From assembly GCF_009834535.1 (NCBI RefSeq), contig NC_045697.1:114020001-114084000 (forward strand): DNA of 64,000 bases. The letters are read 5' to 3'. The notes under the pieces are model-generated. The model searched no databases. It saw only the letters and a list, made by a program, of their open reading frames with translations, and was not told the DNA's origin. This stretch comes from Camelus ferus. Lineage: Eukaryota. The position numbers and the translations under genes were made by a program. Every line of letters begins with the position of its first letter. The first letter of the stretch is position 1. Below are positions 44,036 to 57,545 of this stretch, in pieces.

Positions 44036-44312
44036 TTTTTTTATTCTTATTTTTTATTAAAGTGTAATTGGTTTGCAGTGTTAGTTTCAGGTATCCAGCA
44101 AAGCAATACAGTTATACATATACATATACATATATATATATACACACACATTATATATATATATTCAGTTTCTTTTCCATTACGGCTCATTACAAGAATG
44201 TAAACTGGTGCAGCCACTTAGGAGGACAGTATGGAGGTTCCTTAAAAAACTAAAAATAGACTTACTCTGTGATCCAGCAATCCGACTCCTGGGCATACAT
44301 CCAGAGAAAAAC
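44036..44312. mobile_element. Short L1 with an inversion: antisense 3' tail joined to a sense ORF2-end piece
   Basis: Antisense 3' UTR to ~44196, then sense gaatgtaaactggtgcagccact...gatccagcaatccgactcctgggcatacatccagag. Confidence 0.8.
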
Positions 44313-45117
44313 TACAAAGCTTTTAGGCTTGCCCTCAAATCTCTTCCCACTGGCTCTGAATCATGGGAATTAAGTGTTAATTTCATTATGTAATCCTCAT
44401 GAATCCATAAAAGAAAAGGACTCCACGTCATTCCTTGGCTCTGTTTGGTCTCCACTGTTTTATTTCCTCAGGAAAGAGAAGCAGCAGGGCTTTGACAGGT
44501 TGACTTAGAACGCACAGTCAGTGTCTATGGGTATCATCGCTTTTCTCAGTTTTCTGTGTGATTATTCTTCTGCTCTATTATGCAACCATTTCTCCTCTCA
44601 CAGGCATTGATAGAACATTATTATCTCATTGTAATTTTTAATACAAAGTGTTCCAATTGTCTTCTTAAAAAAATCTTAGTATGAAGGATATTATATAAAC
44701 GATACATGTAATGCTAATATAAAATGTTAATATAGACACACTAATATATAATATATATAATACATAATAATATACAATATTATGAATTATATGATCTGAT
44801 AGATCATATAATATAAAAGATTTATGTAAATAATATAATTAATACAATCACAAGAGTAGGTTGTCATAGATGTGATTTAGTTTCTGTTTGTGTATTTCTT
44901 TTGTTGTGTTTGTTGTAAGAAAATTAATAGAAGAGCTAAAATCGATCAGTTTCTTACCATGTACCACATACCTATTCATAGATTTATTTCTCACCTTAAT
45001 ATGTCTATAAAAAAGCCCAGAGAACTAGACACACGTTTACATGTAAGGGAAATGAATCTTAAAAGTTAAACAACTCATGCAAAATTATACATCTAATAAA
45101 TGTTTGAAGCTTCATTT

Positions 45118-45193
45118 AAAATAAACTTACTGCAAAAATTAAATGAATGAATTAATAAATACATAAATAAATAATTGAAAATAAACTTACTGC
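45118..45193 (+). mobile_element. A-rich tail-only retroinsertion with a 16-bp TSD
   Basis: aaaataaacttactgc at 45118-45133 and 45178-45193 flanks 44 bp of AAAT/GAAT-rich sequence; TT/AAAA at the left junction. Confidence 0.6.
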
Positions 45194-45717
45194 TTTTATT
45201 CAGGGTTACTGATGTCACAATTATCTGTAAGCATCCTTCTGCATGTGTAAGCCAGTGAAACCTTTCTCTTTTTGGATAAGTCTAAATCTGAGAATGTGTT
45301 CATTGTTTGAAACTGCATAGTAACCAATATAAATCACATTGTGTCCATTGTAAGATAGAAAGTTCCCAGCCCCCCCCCCAAATTGAATAAATAGGTTAAT
45401 TATTTAAATGTCAGAATCTAAGTGAAAAATTCATGCCAATAAAATTGTAGACAGGTTGAATGAATTAAATGGGAGAAAAACTTTTAAACTTTTGCCATAA
45501 AATAAAAAAAATTGCTCTGTGATATAAAAAGTAAAAGATTAATTTTATTTACTGCAATTTCAATTATAAAAGAAAACAAAATGGAAACATTAATTTACCT
45601 CTTTGAGGTGTCTGATAAGGCAATCATCATTTGGGTCAATCAGCAAAGAGCACATGACATACATGTGCTGAAAAAGCATAATTTTTGTGTGAAACACTTT
45701 TTTGTTTATTTGTTCTT

Positions 45718-45752
45718 TGTGTGTGTGTGTGTGTGTGTTTTTTTTTTTTTTT
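45718..45752. repeat. (TG)n plus poly-T
   Basis: Directly visible. Confidence 0.9.
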
Positions 45753-47598
45753 CACTGAGTTGGAGGTAACTTCATTCTCTGGTGTCTGGTTAAGCAGAGT
45801 CAAATCGCAGTGCGGTGTGATCCAGTCCAATGCCTGGGTCGGACCCTGGCTGGGGTCCTCACTAGCCCGGGGACTGCAGGCACACCTCCTCGTTAGCCCG
45901 AGCCTTGACTGTGTCTGCCCTAAAAGACAGACAACCAATAGCATCCATCTAACTGTTCTGTTGTGCGCATGAACTATGACTGCGTATAGTAGTACTTGGA
46001 ACACTTCCAGCACATAGTTAACACTCAAGAACTCTTAGCTTAAACACTATCATTACAACTTACTGGGTGATTTGACCTCTGAACTAAGATTCAAGGAATT
46101 GTTTAATAAATATATTACAAGCCATCTTGGATGGGAGCAGAAGATACCTGTTTTAAGGAAAAGGATACTTTCCAACATCAGTATCATTTACGACACTGAA
46201 CTTAATCACCTATTTTTCTAAATACTGGATTTAATTGTAACTGAACAGATTTACTTTAAATCCGCATTTTCAACAACTTAAGTAGTTAGTTTTATCCACA
46301 ATGTGAGTTTATCCATAGGCTTGTGTCCATGACCCTGGTTACTCAAGAGATCAGTGTGTAGTGTTATTTGTTCAAATTGAAAAAGATGTTTAAATTGTAC
46401 ATATTTTTTTCATTTCTCTTTAAATTTTCTCATATATAATTTGGGATTTTTAAATAGTTTTCTTTGCTAAGGCCAAATAAGATAATGACTCTAACAACAT
46501 ATATGAGACGTACTTAACACGTTACCTGGAATCTCCTAGTCAACGAATATTAATTAAATCTAAATCATAGTTTATGAATATACATAGATATGCATATATA
46601 ATGACCATATTATATATAGTATTAAATATCAGTTATAACTATAATTTCCACAAGTTCATATATAAATGAACTATATTTAAAATAAATTTATATAGCTTTA
46701 TACATACTTAGATATATAAAGATATAAAATTTAAATCCTTTTCCACCTTTTGAAAATCCTCTGTGTATTATCCCTCACTGACACGCGCACGCACGCACAC
46801 ACACTCACACACACAAGCCAGTGACTTTGTGGTTAAAATCAAGACTGACCCAGATTTGTACCTCTCTTAAAACCTTGGCAGGTGCATCCTTCATAAAAGG
46901 TATTTAGCAAATACTTGTGAATAAGTGATGAATGAATTAGAAAACACATTCAGTTACAAATACTAGTTACTTTCACATAAAAGCATTTAATGCAATACAC
47001 AGTGAATTATTTGGACTATTTCTAAGCAGGAATGTGATGCATTGTTTATTCTCCAAATTAACTACTCTTATCACTGTTCTATGTCTAAACAATAGCAGAT
47101 ATATTCCCTTTTAAAGTATATAATCTAGAAAAACAATGTGGTGTAGTCTGTTATTAACTTTTTACATTTATTGTTGCATTATAAAAATTTCATTTAATTT
47201 CAAGAGTTGAAGCTTACAAATGTAGAATCCTATTTTCATTACAAATTAAAAAATGAATTGGAATTTGAATCATATGTTATGTTCAGCTAACTTTTTAATG
47301 AGTAAGATACATGAATTTGGGATTGGCTCAAATTGCTTTTATTTTATAAGACACTTTAAGGATTCTACATGGACTACTTAAAATTCCATTTTCCCCAGCT
47401 GAGGGAAAACATGTGCCATATAATAAAAGGGAGCAAATTTCAGAGGCAGAGAGAAAAAGCATCCTTCATGGTTGATTGACAAAATCAAATGTACAAACCA
47501 AAATAGTTTGAGGAATATCATCGAAGGCTACAAATCCAACAACAGAAAGTTGTGTAAGTCTTTGATTAGGATAAAGATATTTAAATGCCAGTAAATCA

Positions 47599-47735
47599 GC
47601 GGGAGGGTATAGCTCAGTGGTAGAGCGCATGCTTAGCATACATGAGGTCCTGAGTTCAATCCCCAGTACCTCCATCTAAATAAATAATACCTAATTACCT
47701 CCCCTCCAAGCCCTCCAATTTTTTTTTAAATAAAT
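47599..47735 (+). mobile_element. tRNA-Ala-derived SINE (camelid Vic-1-like)
   Basis: A box tagctcagtgg, B box gagttcaatcc, AGC anticodon-like loop, cctaattacctcccc body, AT-rich tail; degenerate TSD taaatgccagtaaatca / taaatatcagtagagca. Confidence 0.9.
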
Positions 47736-48937
47736 AAATATCAGTAGAGCAATTACTGCAGCCACACAATAAATAATATGTGGGCCATTTAGACTTTGAA
47801 CAGATTGTTTACCTGTTTCCATGCTTTATTATTTAAAAGGTTATTCAGCATGGAATAGATGGGGGTAGTTAGTGGGAAAGACAGATCTGCCCAGATTGAA
47901 GTAAAAGAAAGGACTTTATGCAGCACCTTCAATCTGAGTGTTAGCTGAGGGGATGAGAGAACAGTAACTGGGTCTACATTTATTTAGAATGCTTTCTCAA
48001 GTTTTCTGGAAGTTGAGAAGGAACACTGAACAGGCAGATGGCACTCGTCTGTTTTTTTTTTTTTTAATTAAAGAAATGTAAAATTACTAGAAACAAAATG
48101 GAGAAATATTATACAGGTGGACACAAACGAAATTCAGGTAAGCAGGCTTCAGTGGCAACAAGGATGAAGGGAGAAATAACCTAAGCTGCACTGTGGTTTC
48201 CGCGATGCACTAAATATATCAGCAAGAGCATCTCATAATTATTTAAGAGTTACTGTCGCTCATCATGCTGCCAAATAATAATCATCCACAGATAAAACAG
48301 TTCTCAAAGTACTGTCACCAATCCATGACAACGTTCACTGCCAATAGGATTTTGAGAAATTAAATGGAAAACAGTAGTCTAACTATGTAAATCCTATGAA
48401 ATTTGGTTAAACCTATATTCACTTGCACAGTCTTGCTTCATGCAAGTTTTAAACAGGTTGGATTCTAACGTTTGTGGGTCGTGGACCAAGAGTGCAAATA
48501 AAGCCCTCCCCCCACTCCCCATACACCATGGTCTGTCCTCTTCTTCTCCCCTACTTGCATGCCCTTTCCACCCTATTACCTCTTTTGAAAATTAAAAAAA
48601 AAAAAACAGTCTTTGCTATGTAGGTCCAGGAAGCAAGTTCAGGTTCTTTATTCGGGGATTCTAGGGTCCAATCCTTCCAAAGAAGTCCCAAAAGATAGCA
48701 ACTCCCACACTTACACTTCGCCCCTTGAACTGCTTGCCTTGCTTAGAAGGGAACAGCCAAAGAAGGGTGCTGGGGCATCCTCCCAAATCAGGTGCTCAAG
48801 GCAGGAGCTTAAGTGCCTCACCCCACCCAGCTCTGCCAGAGAAGGTAGAATGGGTTGGAAAATACCACTTAAGAAACTTACAATGAGTAGGAGATTTGCA
48901 CTGGGGAATCTAAAGAAGAGGCAACTGTATTTGAAAG

Positions 48938-49422
48938 TATTTCTGAGTCCAAGCTCAAAGTGCTCGCTGCATGACAGGCCAATAAACTGAGAGGTGAGTT
49001 GTTCGGGCAAGAAGCAGCAACTTTATTTAGAAAGCCAGCAGACCGAGAAGATGGTGGACTAGTGTTCCAAAGGACCACCTTACCTGAGTTTGAATTCAGA
49101 CTTTCTTCATATTGAAAGGGGAGGAGTACGGTTGGTTGTTGCAAATTTCCTGGGGGTAGGAATCCTTTGTTCTTACAACTGCCCAAGTAGGTCAGGTTAT
49201 GATGTTCCTTTAAACCGCCGGTAAGACAAATGTTATTCTCTGTTCTACAACTTTTTACGTCGATACAAACAGAAAAGCATTATACCCTTAAAGGTCAGAG
49301 CCTTGAGGATGGGATACCTGGTGCATTTCACAGTCTTAATTGTGGCAAAAGCAGTAGAATATAAAGGTTAAGGTACAAGAAACAGATCCAATCTGGAGTC
49401 AGATTTGCTCTTCCCTGTTACA
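48938..49422 (-). mobile_element. Solo LTR, ERV1 class, MER41-like (copy 3, different subfamily)
   Basis: Homologous to copies 1 and 2; ends ...ctgttaca; left terminus mutated; imperfect TSD AAAG/AAAA. Confidence 0.88.
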
Positions 49423-51637
49423 AAAACAATGGTTTACGTGAGATACAATCACGTTTTGAAAAACATCGGTATCATAACTTGTTACCCAAGCTTTATACGT
49501 TAGGAAAAAGTGCTGTCCACGGTTGTCTCCCCCTCTAACATATTTTACAGTTCTCGCTGACCCCATCCTCCATTGATCTAATTACGCTGACTTAGTAAGT
49601 GGTCTGCTGGAAGTATGAAAATAAATAGTGATAAAGTACAGAAAACTATGCCTTCCAGCAGACTGACGGTTTGGGTGTTCCGAGATTAGCCTGTTTCCAA
49701 CTGCTCTTCACAATGGCAGTGGAAGCCGCATACTGAGTCTCAGTGCATCTACTGCATGTCCAACACAATGTCCCCCTGCATGGTCACCTCTTTGGTAACA
49801 GATATCTTGTGTAATGATCTTAGTATGATGTAATGGAATTTGGAAATATCAGGAGACACTTTGTCAAAGAAAACATGTTTTCACTTTTGTCTTAGGGCTC
49901 TGAGTCTTCAGTGAATTTATCTGAAAACAAAACAAAACAAGATCAAGGTCAGGTAGAAATGTTGCAAAGAATTTGGCTGTTGTCTGGTCCATCTGGAGAG
50001 AATTTGCTGGCAGGTAATCTGCAGGCTTATATCATACAGCCCATCTGGTATGTAGCCTGCACACCACAGGTCCCGTGATTCCCAACCCAGAGGTAGGAGC
50101 CTGCACGGGTAACTCACAGGCAGTGGCACACACTGACTTGAAGGGAAATTTACTAGATCATAGGAGCAGAGAGGACATCCACCCTGTCCATCCAGATTTT
50201 TGTAAACTTTACCTTTCAACCATTTGGCTAAATTACTAAATTTACATTCAATCTGCAATGTGAGCATCGTCCTTGGAATTTACTGGGATAGTTACAGGAC
50301 TTTGTGAAGTCACAAACTCCGTATTGACCAGAACTACTAATGGTCTGATGGCTGGTGTAGATTTTGTCCCCAGAAGACGCTGAAATGGGATTCAAAAAAT
50401 AACTTAAGACTACTCCCTTCAAATCTGGAAATCCATTCCAATTCTCTTTCACTTCCCAAATTAAGCACAGCCGTGTTGTGAACTACATTTCACCCAAAGT
50501 TCCATATTGAGATTATATAACTTTAGAGACTCCAAAAATGGCCAAGAACGTAGAAATACCTCAAATACAATGATAAATCTCATTCTTACTTGAAGCCTGT
50601 GGAAGCTATTAAAGAAATTTAATCAGAAGAATACATCCCTATGTAAGTTGAAATCCAAAGACACTAAGAGTCCAAAGAATGAAAATTAAAAAAAAAAAAA
50701 TCAATTACCCAGGTCCTGTAAATCTAGAGAAAATAGAGTTTTCCCCATTTTTCATCCTGCTCAGCAGGAGACCTGAGGATGCACCAGCCTGGTGCTGAGG
50801 CAGCTTCACTGAGCAGCAGCAGCTGGGTGTCCGTGTTCCCTGGGGTGGCCGTGGTCCCCCCACAAACGCAGAATCTCAATGAGATTCAAGTCAAGTCATT
50901 TTGGCAGAGAGCCCAAGGACTGGCAACATCTGCATTCTCATCCAAGAGGTTTTCTAAAGTGGCTCATTTCTAGAACCCAAAGTTATTCCACTCAGAATTA
51001 ATTCTTCAGAGCCTAAGATTCAGGTCTGGCAAAGACCAAAATACAACCTCGTTATCTGAGGAAATGAGACCGTAGAGGGAACGCGTGCAATGCTTCAGTC
51101 ACTCCAGGACTCCTGTTACTCTGCGCCGGGGCCCACGGTCCATGAACTTTGAAAGCAATTTCAACCAGAAAAGACTTTCATCAGGGGATTAATTAAGGCG
51201 GAGAGTTTCCCGCGTCTGGGATACGAGTAATCTCTTAACACTCTGCTTTCTCAGATAATGGCTGTTGAGACATGGCCACCTTCTTTTGAAGTCTGGAAAT
51301 ACACAATGAAACAGCTTTGGCAAGTCTTAATTTATGTAATTTTGTTTCTCATCCAGCATATTAAGCACCTTTTAATTTCTTGTCTTAACGGAATTTCCTC
51401 TAAAAGCAGAGCCTTTGGAAAAGCTTATGTGCTGATGTTTTATGGTGAATAAATCCCTAGGGGTTGTAGGGGAAAAAGTAACATAGGAAAAGGAGGATAT
51501 TGGAGAGTCACAGATGTGGTGTTCTTACCAAGCTGGCCTTTTAATGCTTCGGAAAGTTTGCACTAAGAACATAGTGAGAATGCAGCCAAGAGTTGTTTTC
51601 CCAGTCACTGCCACTCCTCAGATTTTTAATGTTTTAG

Positions 51638-52122
51638 ATTTTTTATTATTAAAGTAAGGTCGAAATATATAATATTAAATTAGTATCAGGTGCACATCAT
51701 AGTGATTCAAAATTCTCATAGATTATACTCCATTTAAAGTTATTATAAAATATCAGTTAGCAGCATTCCCTGTGGTGTTCATTACATCATTGTATCTTGC
51801 TTGTTTTATACATAGTAGTTTGTACCTATTACTCCCCTACCCCCTACCTTGTCCCTCCTCTTCCTTATCCCCACTGGTAATCACTAGTTCATTCTCTGTA
51901 TCTGTGAGTTTGCTTCTGTTTTGTTATATTCATTCCTTTGTTTTTGTTGTTGTTGTTGTTGTTCCACTCATAAGTGAAAACATGCAGTGTTTGCCTTTCT
52001 CTGACTTATTTCACTAAGCATGATGCCCTCCGGGTCCATTCATGTTGTTGCGAATGGCAAAATTCCATTCCTTTTTATGGCTGAGTAATAGTCCATTGTG
52101 TATGTATACCACATCTTCTCTA
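51638..52122 (-). mobile_element. L1 3' UTR fragment
   Basis: gtctgacttatttcactaagc-type text (tctgacttatttcactaagcatgatgccctccgggtccattcatgttgttgcgaatggcaaaattccattcctttttatggctgagtaatag). Confidence 0.88.
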
Positions 52123-53456
52123 TAGATCTTGAGTGGGATTTCTAGCAGACATATTTCACACCATAATGGAAGACAATGTCAGTTGTTTCATTTCCCAACT
52201 CATACTCTTCTCTTTTTAGAAAAGCCATTGTGACCTGTTTATAAAGTTGCTTTCTTCCCTTCTCTACCATGTAAAGAGATAATAATTTCCTGGATCCAAA
52301 TGCCTTGCTTCTGTTAGCATCCATTTGTTTCCATCCAGAGATTTTTGTTTGTTTGTTTGCTTTTTAAGATTTCAACTTGTTTGTTCTGTGTTTGCCAACT
52401 GCATGTGCTGTTCAAACAAATCTTGTACACCTTCACTTTCTTGGCTTGGACAATCCCACCCAGGAGATTTTGCCGACTAACCGCAGCATGGACTGAATCT
52501 ATCATCATCCCGCCTGCCTTCCTGCCACACCCCGCTTTTTTTGCCATGTGGTTTTGTGTGGTCTCAATTCTGCGAATTTATCAAACATGTTCCCTCAAAG
52601 CACAGCAAATCCCTGGATAACATGTAACTTCATTACCTAACACTATTTTATTCCATTTCAGACCTCAGGCATGTGGATTAAGTCCCTGAATCCAAGCTTA
52701 GTGTTCTTCCACACTCTCTTCTTTAGCCCTGAGTATAAAATGAGATTCGAAGCATCAAATCTAAGCCTGACAATAATAATTAAAACCTGAGCGTCTTTAG
52801 TGTTACGAGTATGCTTGGAATCCAGCTGCCTTGAAATATAAAAGGCATTCCAGGCAGGTAGACTGAAAATCGTGGTGCAAGTAGGAAAAACTGTTTTGCT
52901 CTATAAAGTCTAAATGGCAGGCGTATAGGAAGGTGCCCTTTTCCATCCAGTTGAACTCTTGCTTCAGTTAAATCTGATGACTCACACCTCTGTAGCCCCG
53001 ATAGTATCTCCCAGGTACTCACTGCCTTCACACATGCACGGGGAGTGGGGTGCCACCAAGCTGCCACAGATACACTCGGAGCCAGGACCCACGGACACTG
53101 CCTCTTTCGAAAGCCTGTGAGGCTTTGAGTGTGCTGTGGCATTTTCTGCTCACATACAGTGCATTTTGGCTTCTGAGCTCCGTGTAACTTCTGCTTTGCT
53201 TAAACCCAGGATGCCCCATGTCTTTGTCAAGGTCAGTGCACCTTTGCTTATGGTCTGGTGTTTGCAGGGATGTCTTTCAATCTCTTTTAGAAATTGCTAG
53301 TGGACAAGTCCTTCATAAACTGGGATGGCCAGCCAAGGCAGAAAAATCAATCACAGATGTTTGGTTTAAGGCTGTTGACAACTTAAAGTTCCTTTGCATA
53401 ACCCAATCTAAGCCTCTGCAAAAACAAACAGAAGAAACATAAGACCCTTGTTTACA

Positions 53457-53592
53457 AGGGAGGGAACAGCTCAGTGGTAGAGCACATGCTTAACATGCTC
53501 GTGGTCCTGGGTTCAATCCCTAGTACCTCCATTCAAAATGATACATAAATCATTAAACCTAATGACCTCCCCCAAAAAATTTAAAACAAAAA
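53457..53592 (+). mobile_element. tRNA-derived SINE (Vic-1-like)
   Basis: A and B boxes, cctaatgacctcccc body, A tail; 15-bp TSD aagac(c/t)cttgtttac at 53441-53455 and 53593-53607. Confidence 0.92.
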
Positions 53593-54899
53593 AAGACTCT
53601 TGTTTACCAATGCCTGATGGAGAACCGTGTGCCATGATCCCAAACTGTAAGTCAATCTAAATAGTGGAGAGTAGAGAATAATCTTCAAAAAATAAAAAAA
53701 AAAAGGACTAAACAGAACAAATCTAGTTTTTCTCCCCAATTCAACTCTCCCATCAGCCCTTCTCCTGAGTGACAGGTGCCAGGAGTGTTATGTTAGTGGA
53801 GTGGAGTTCCTCTTGTGGGAGGTGCGTCCTGAGAGGGAGAATGTTCCTCCACCTCATCTCTGCCCTCTGGTCTTCCGCGCTGTCCTTCCCCAAATCTCAG
53901 GGGGACAGAATGACTATTGAAGTGGCCGTAGGGAACGTTTAGACTGTAATAGCTTTTTGTGAAACTATCCTGAGAGGTTACACTTTAGTGAATACAATTC
54001 AAAATACTCTAAAATTTAAAAATTCTAATGAAATATCATATCATATAGAGGAAGAAGGTGAAAAAGCACGATTCTTCATCCACTCTGGGAAAAGTCTCCA
54101 AGTGCCCAATATAATATTATTAACCGCTCAGATACTTGATATTCACTTGAAATGCATTTGACGTATTTAAATAGTTTCCTATATAATTTCACTAAAGGAT
54201 AAAACTTTCTATGAGATTTTCAACTTTGGTCAAGTGGGGATTTTTCTACCAAAATTCATGAGCAGGGTAGAGATGAAAATTTATTTGCTTAGGACTTTTA
54301 ATTGATACTTTTAGTTGATGCTTTGCCACAGAGTTTTCTTCATTGAAGAAATAATTGGAGTGTTTTGAGTTACGATTGAAAAAAATTGGGGTGACTTAAC
54401 TTCAGTTTTAACTGTGCTTTTCTGTTTTATTAATCATCAATGTTCACTTGAAGAGTCTGTACATCTTGTTCAGATATCGCGGCAAGATGCTCACCAAGGC
54501 AGGAGAGTCACGTGCTGATAATCTGGAAAGTTGGGAGAATGTTTATTAAAATTCAGTGCTTTTCCCTCTGGAAAATCATCAAGATTTCTGCGAGTGGCAT
54601 ATTCTTCAGATAAATATACTGTTTCTCTTAGCCTAACCTGAAAGGTGATATTGAAGTTTTTGTCTCATTCAATCTGCTGCCTTCCAGAGATACTCTCCCC
54701 CACAGAGGGTTCCTGCAAGTGTGTATCAATATTTGAGATGCCCTAGGTAGTGTGGCCCAGACATCTCATGGGGATATAGAATCCACAGACTTATTAAACT
54801 CAGTGTAAACACAGAATACTCCCCTAGGCACACCAAAAATGCAAACTCATAAATTATTTTTCCTGTCTTCCGGATGCTTGAGGTCTACTAGGAAAGTCA

Positions 54900-55110
54900 A
54901 AAATACACAGGGGGAAGAAATGTCATAACAGAATACATGAGACTGCAGAGGAGTAACAAATGGCGGATTTTCAGAAGGCTTTTGGAAGAGTGAGGTTTGA
55001 TATGGTGCTTGAAAAATGGGCAGAGCTTGAGAAGTATTCATAAAAGAGACACACACGCCAAGCAGACAGCACAACTGAAAGGCAGTCTAAGTTAAGAGAG
55101 TGAAATAATG
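54900..55110 (-). mobile_element. L2 fragment
   Basis: tcagaaggcttttggaagagtgaggtttgatatggtgcttgaaaaatggg. Confidence 0.5.
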
Positions 55111-55609
55111 AGGAGGCAGGTTCCCAGAGAGGGCGAGGCAGAGGGAAGCCAGGAAACGGAGGGAGAATTATGTCTCCAAAATTTTAGGGAAATATGATTT
55201 TCAATATTCGGTCCTGCTGTTGGCCCATATGTCAACCATATGTTCTGGTTTTACTTTGGAAATCTGGTCTCTGGACTAGGAGCCAATTTGTGGGGAGATT
55301 ATTCCAGAAAAATTCTAGTCAGATCTTTGGCATGTAACCGAGGTATGGCAGCCTGAGGATGGAAATCTTAGTGATTTGGAGATAAAAAGTATGGCGGCTC
55401 AGCAGAAGAGTGGCATTGAGTATCTGGCGTGAGAGCTCCCCGAACTTGGAACCCCAGTCTTCCAGGCATCACTGCATGACTCCCATAACACGACAGCCAA
55501 GAAAGAAGGCAGTGAAACAGATGTGTTCTTTCCTCCTGGAGGATCTACAAACTGTTCTGGTGTTTCTGGCTTTTTCTGGGCTATGCACAATTCCCCCAAA
55601 TCCAATTAA

Positions 55610-56150
55610 TTAAACTCAGAGTTACCATATGGTCCAGCCATGGAACTCCTAGGTGTATACCCAAGAGGAATAAAAACATATGTCCAGGCAAAATTTGTAC
55701 ACAAATGTTCATAGCTGTGCTACACATAATAGCAAAAAAAGAAAAAACTGAAGCAATCCAAATGTTCATCAACTGATAAACGGATGAACAAACTTGCCAT
55801 CGTACAGTGGAATATTATTCTGTAACAAAAAAGGAATGAAGAACTGATACTTGGATGGATGAACTTTGACCACATTATACTAATGAAAGAAGCCAGACAC
55901 AAAAATCTTATATGGTTGCATTTATATGAAATATCCAGAATTGGCAAGTCTATAAGGACAGAGAGTATGTTAGTGGTTGACTCAGGCAAGAGAGATAAGA
56001 GGAAAGATGGGAAATGACTGCAAATAGGCATTGGGCTTCTTTTTTGCGGTGATGAAAAGGTTCTAAAATTTTAGGGATTGTTGTACAATCCTGTGGCTAC
56101 AACGGAAAGTCACTAAATTGTCCCCTTTAAATAGGTGAGCTGTATGGTAT
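55610..56150 (+). mobile_element. L1MB-like 3' fragment
   Basis: agagttaccatatggtccagc...ctcctaggtgtatacccaagag...gaaagaagccagacacaaaa...ggtgatgaaaaggttctaaaatt. Confidence 0.85.
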
Positions 56151-56939
56151 GGGATGTGTTTCTCCTATGTTTCTCTCTCATTTTTCCTCCTTAGCATGAC
56201 AGACATATTATTAAGCAGAACTACACATCCTTTTTAACTTGCCCATGATCTTTATCAATAATTCATCACCACCTCAAGGTGCTTTGATACGTTTATGATT
56301 TTGTTGGTTTACAAATGCATTAGAAAATAGAGAAAAAGGTTTGAGATATGTTGCATGATACAAGCTTGTTACTTTGAAATAATGTCATCTGCTAAACTCC
56401 TAAGTTCAGTGGGTTGAACTCTATAAAAACCAAATTAACCTACAAGGAGGGACAAAGCACCAAGAAACGGTTCAGAATCTCACCACTTCCGTTTATATTC
56501 TGTATGAGTAAAAAGACAGGAAAATTGTCCAAAGATGTAATAGGTTCCATTTCCTCAAACCAAACAATCGAAAAGTAAAGAAACAAAAAAATACCAAGCA
56601 AATGTGTTTAAAATTTCCCATCGAAAGCTGAACACCAAAAAAGAATCCTACTTTTCATCTTTATAGCTTGCCACCACCGTACCTAATTTGTAGAAAACTG
56701 GTCAGAAGTACGTTGAGTTGAAAGATGATTTCTATAATGCACATAGGAAGAAACACAAAACACTAACTGATTTTGAAATGTTTATGCACGCACAGAATAA
56801 TGTAGGAATAAAACTCGTAATCCTTACTTTCTGTGGATAGCAGTTTTATTATTTTTATTTGTATGCCACCCATTACCTTCACGTCTATGAGTTAATGCTT
56901 TTAAATATTATTAATTACATATTAAGATGTAGTATTTTT

Positions 56940-57545
56940 CTCTTATATTGTCTCCTGGTAATTTAAAGGGCAATCAGCGCTCATATAACCTTGAAATATG
57001 AACCCAAGGGGTGCTTTTCTCGTGGCGTATTTTATCATGGTAGCCTTTTGCATTTTGCAAGTTCTTACTGGAACAATTATGGTATCCTTTTGGGCTTTTT
57101 GCTTTTCCAAGGAACCGCGACACTTCACTGACATTTAAGGTCACGTGCTGGTTCACCCCAAGTACTCTTCTCTGCCCCCCCACCCCCCGATCCAAGCTCA
57201 TTATGAATAGTGCCAGCTCTGGTTAACGTTTACATCAGACTTGAGAGGGGATGTTAGAGTGAAGTACAAATGAAGCCTGCTAAAATACTGCTGCCGACAG
57301 TTATACCAGGGCACAAGTATGTTTTTCATTTATTTCAGTGGGTCAGATTAACAAGGCTGTGTGCCGCATTATCATAAAAGGTGGACGAGGCTGTCACTTC
57401 TGATTATTGTCACAGGAATGGCATCTCAGAGACAGCTTTGCTAAAAGAGACGCAGCTACTGCTAACTAGTAGTTTAAATGTAATTATTGGACACTGTGTG
57501 GGATGTTAGAAGCTTCTGTCAATCAAAGGTCAATTTTTAAAATGT
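56940..57545. promoter_or_regulatory. Putative conserved enhancer block with a composite PBX-MEIS / TCF / nuclear-receptor site
   Basis: CTGTCAATCAAAGGTCA at 57516-57532; additional CTGTCA 57391, TCATAAAA 57372, TAATTA 57481; no recognisable repeat. Confidence 0.4.

Noticed and set aside
47599..47675. tRNA-Ala(AGC)-like gene, and similar heads at 53457 and 61001
   Set aside because: Each is followed by a shared SINE body and A/T tail, two have TSDs, and the stems carry substitutions; these are SINEs, not tRNA genes.
48074..48137. Possible 64-nt exon (taaag acceptor, CAG|gtaagc donor)
   Set aside because: The acceptor depends on a poly-T run and a weak AAG, and inclusion would shift the proposed frame; more likely a pseudo-exon.
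48613..49186. 99-125 aa ORFs
   Set aside because: They overlap the solo LTR and its flank, with no gag/pol/env similarity.
40356..49422. LTR copies 2 and 3 as the two ends of one ~9-kb provirus
   Set aside because: Copy 2 has its own perfect TSD, the copies differ in subfamily, and the interior holds older MIR/L2/ERVL repeats rather than retroviral genes.
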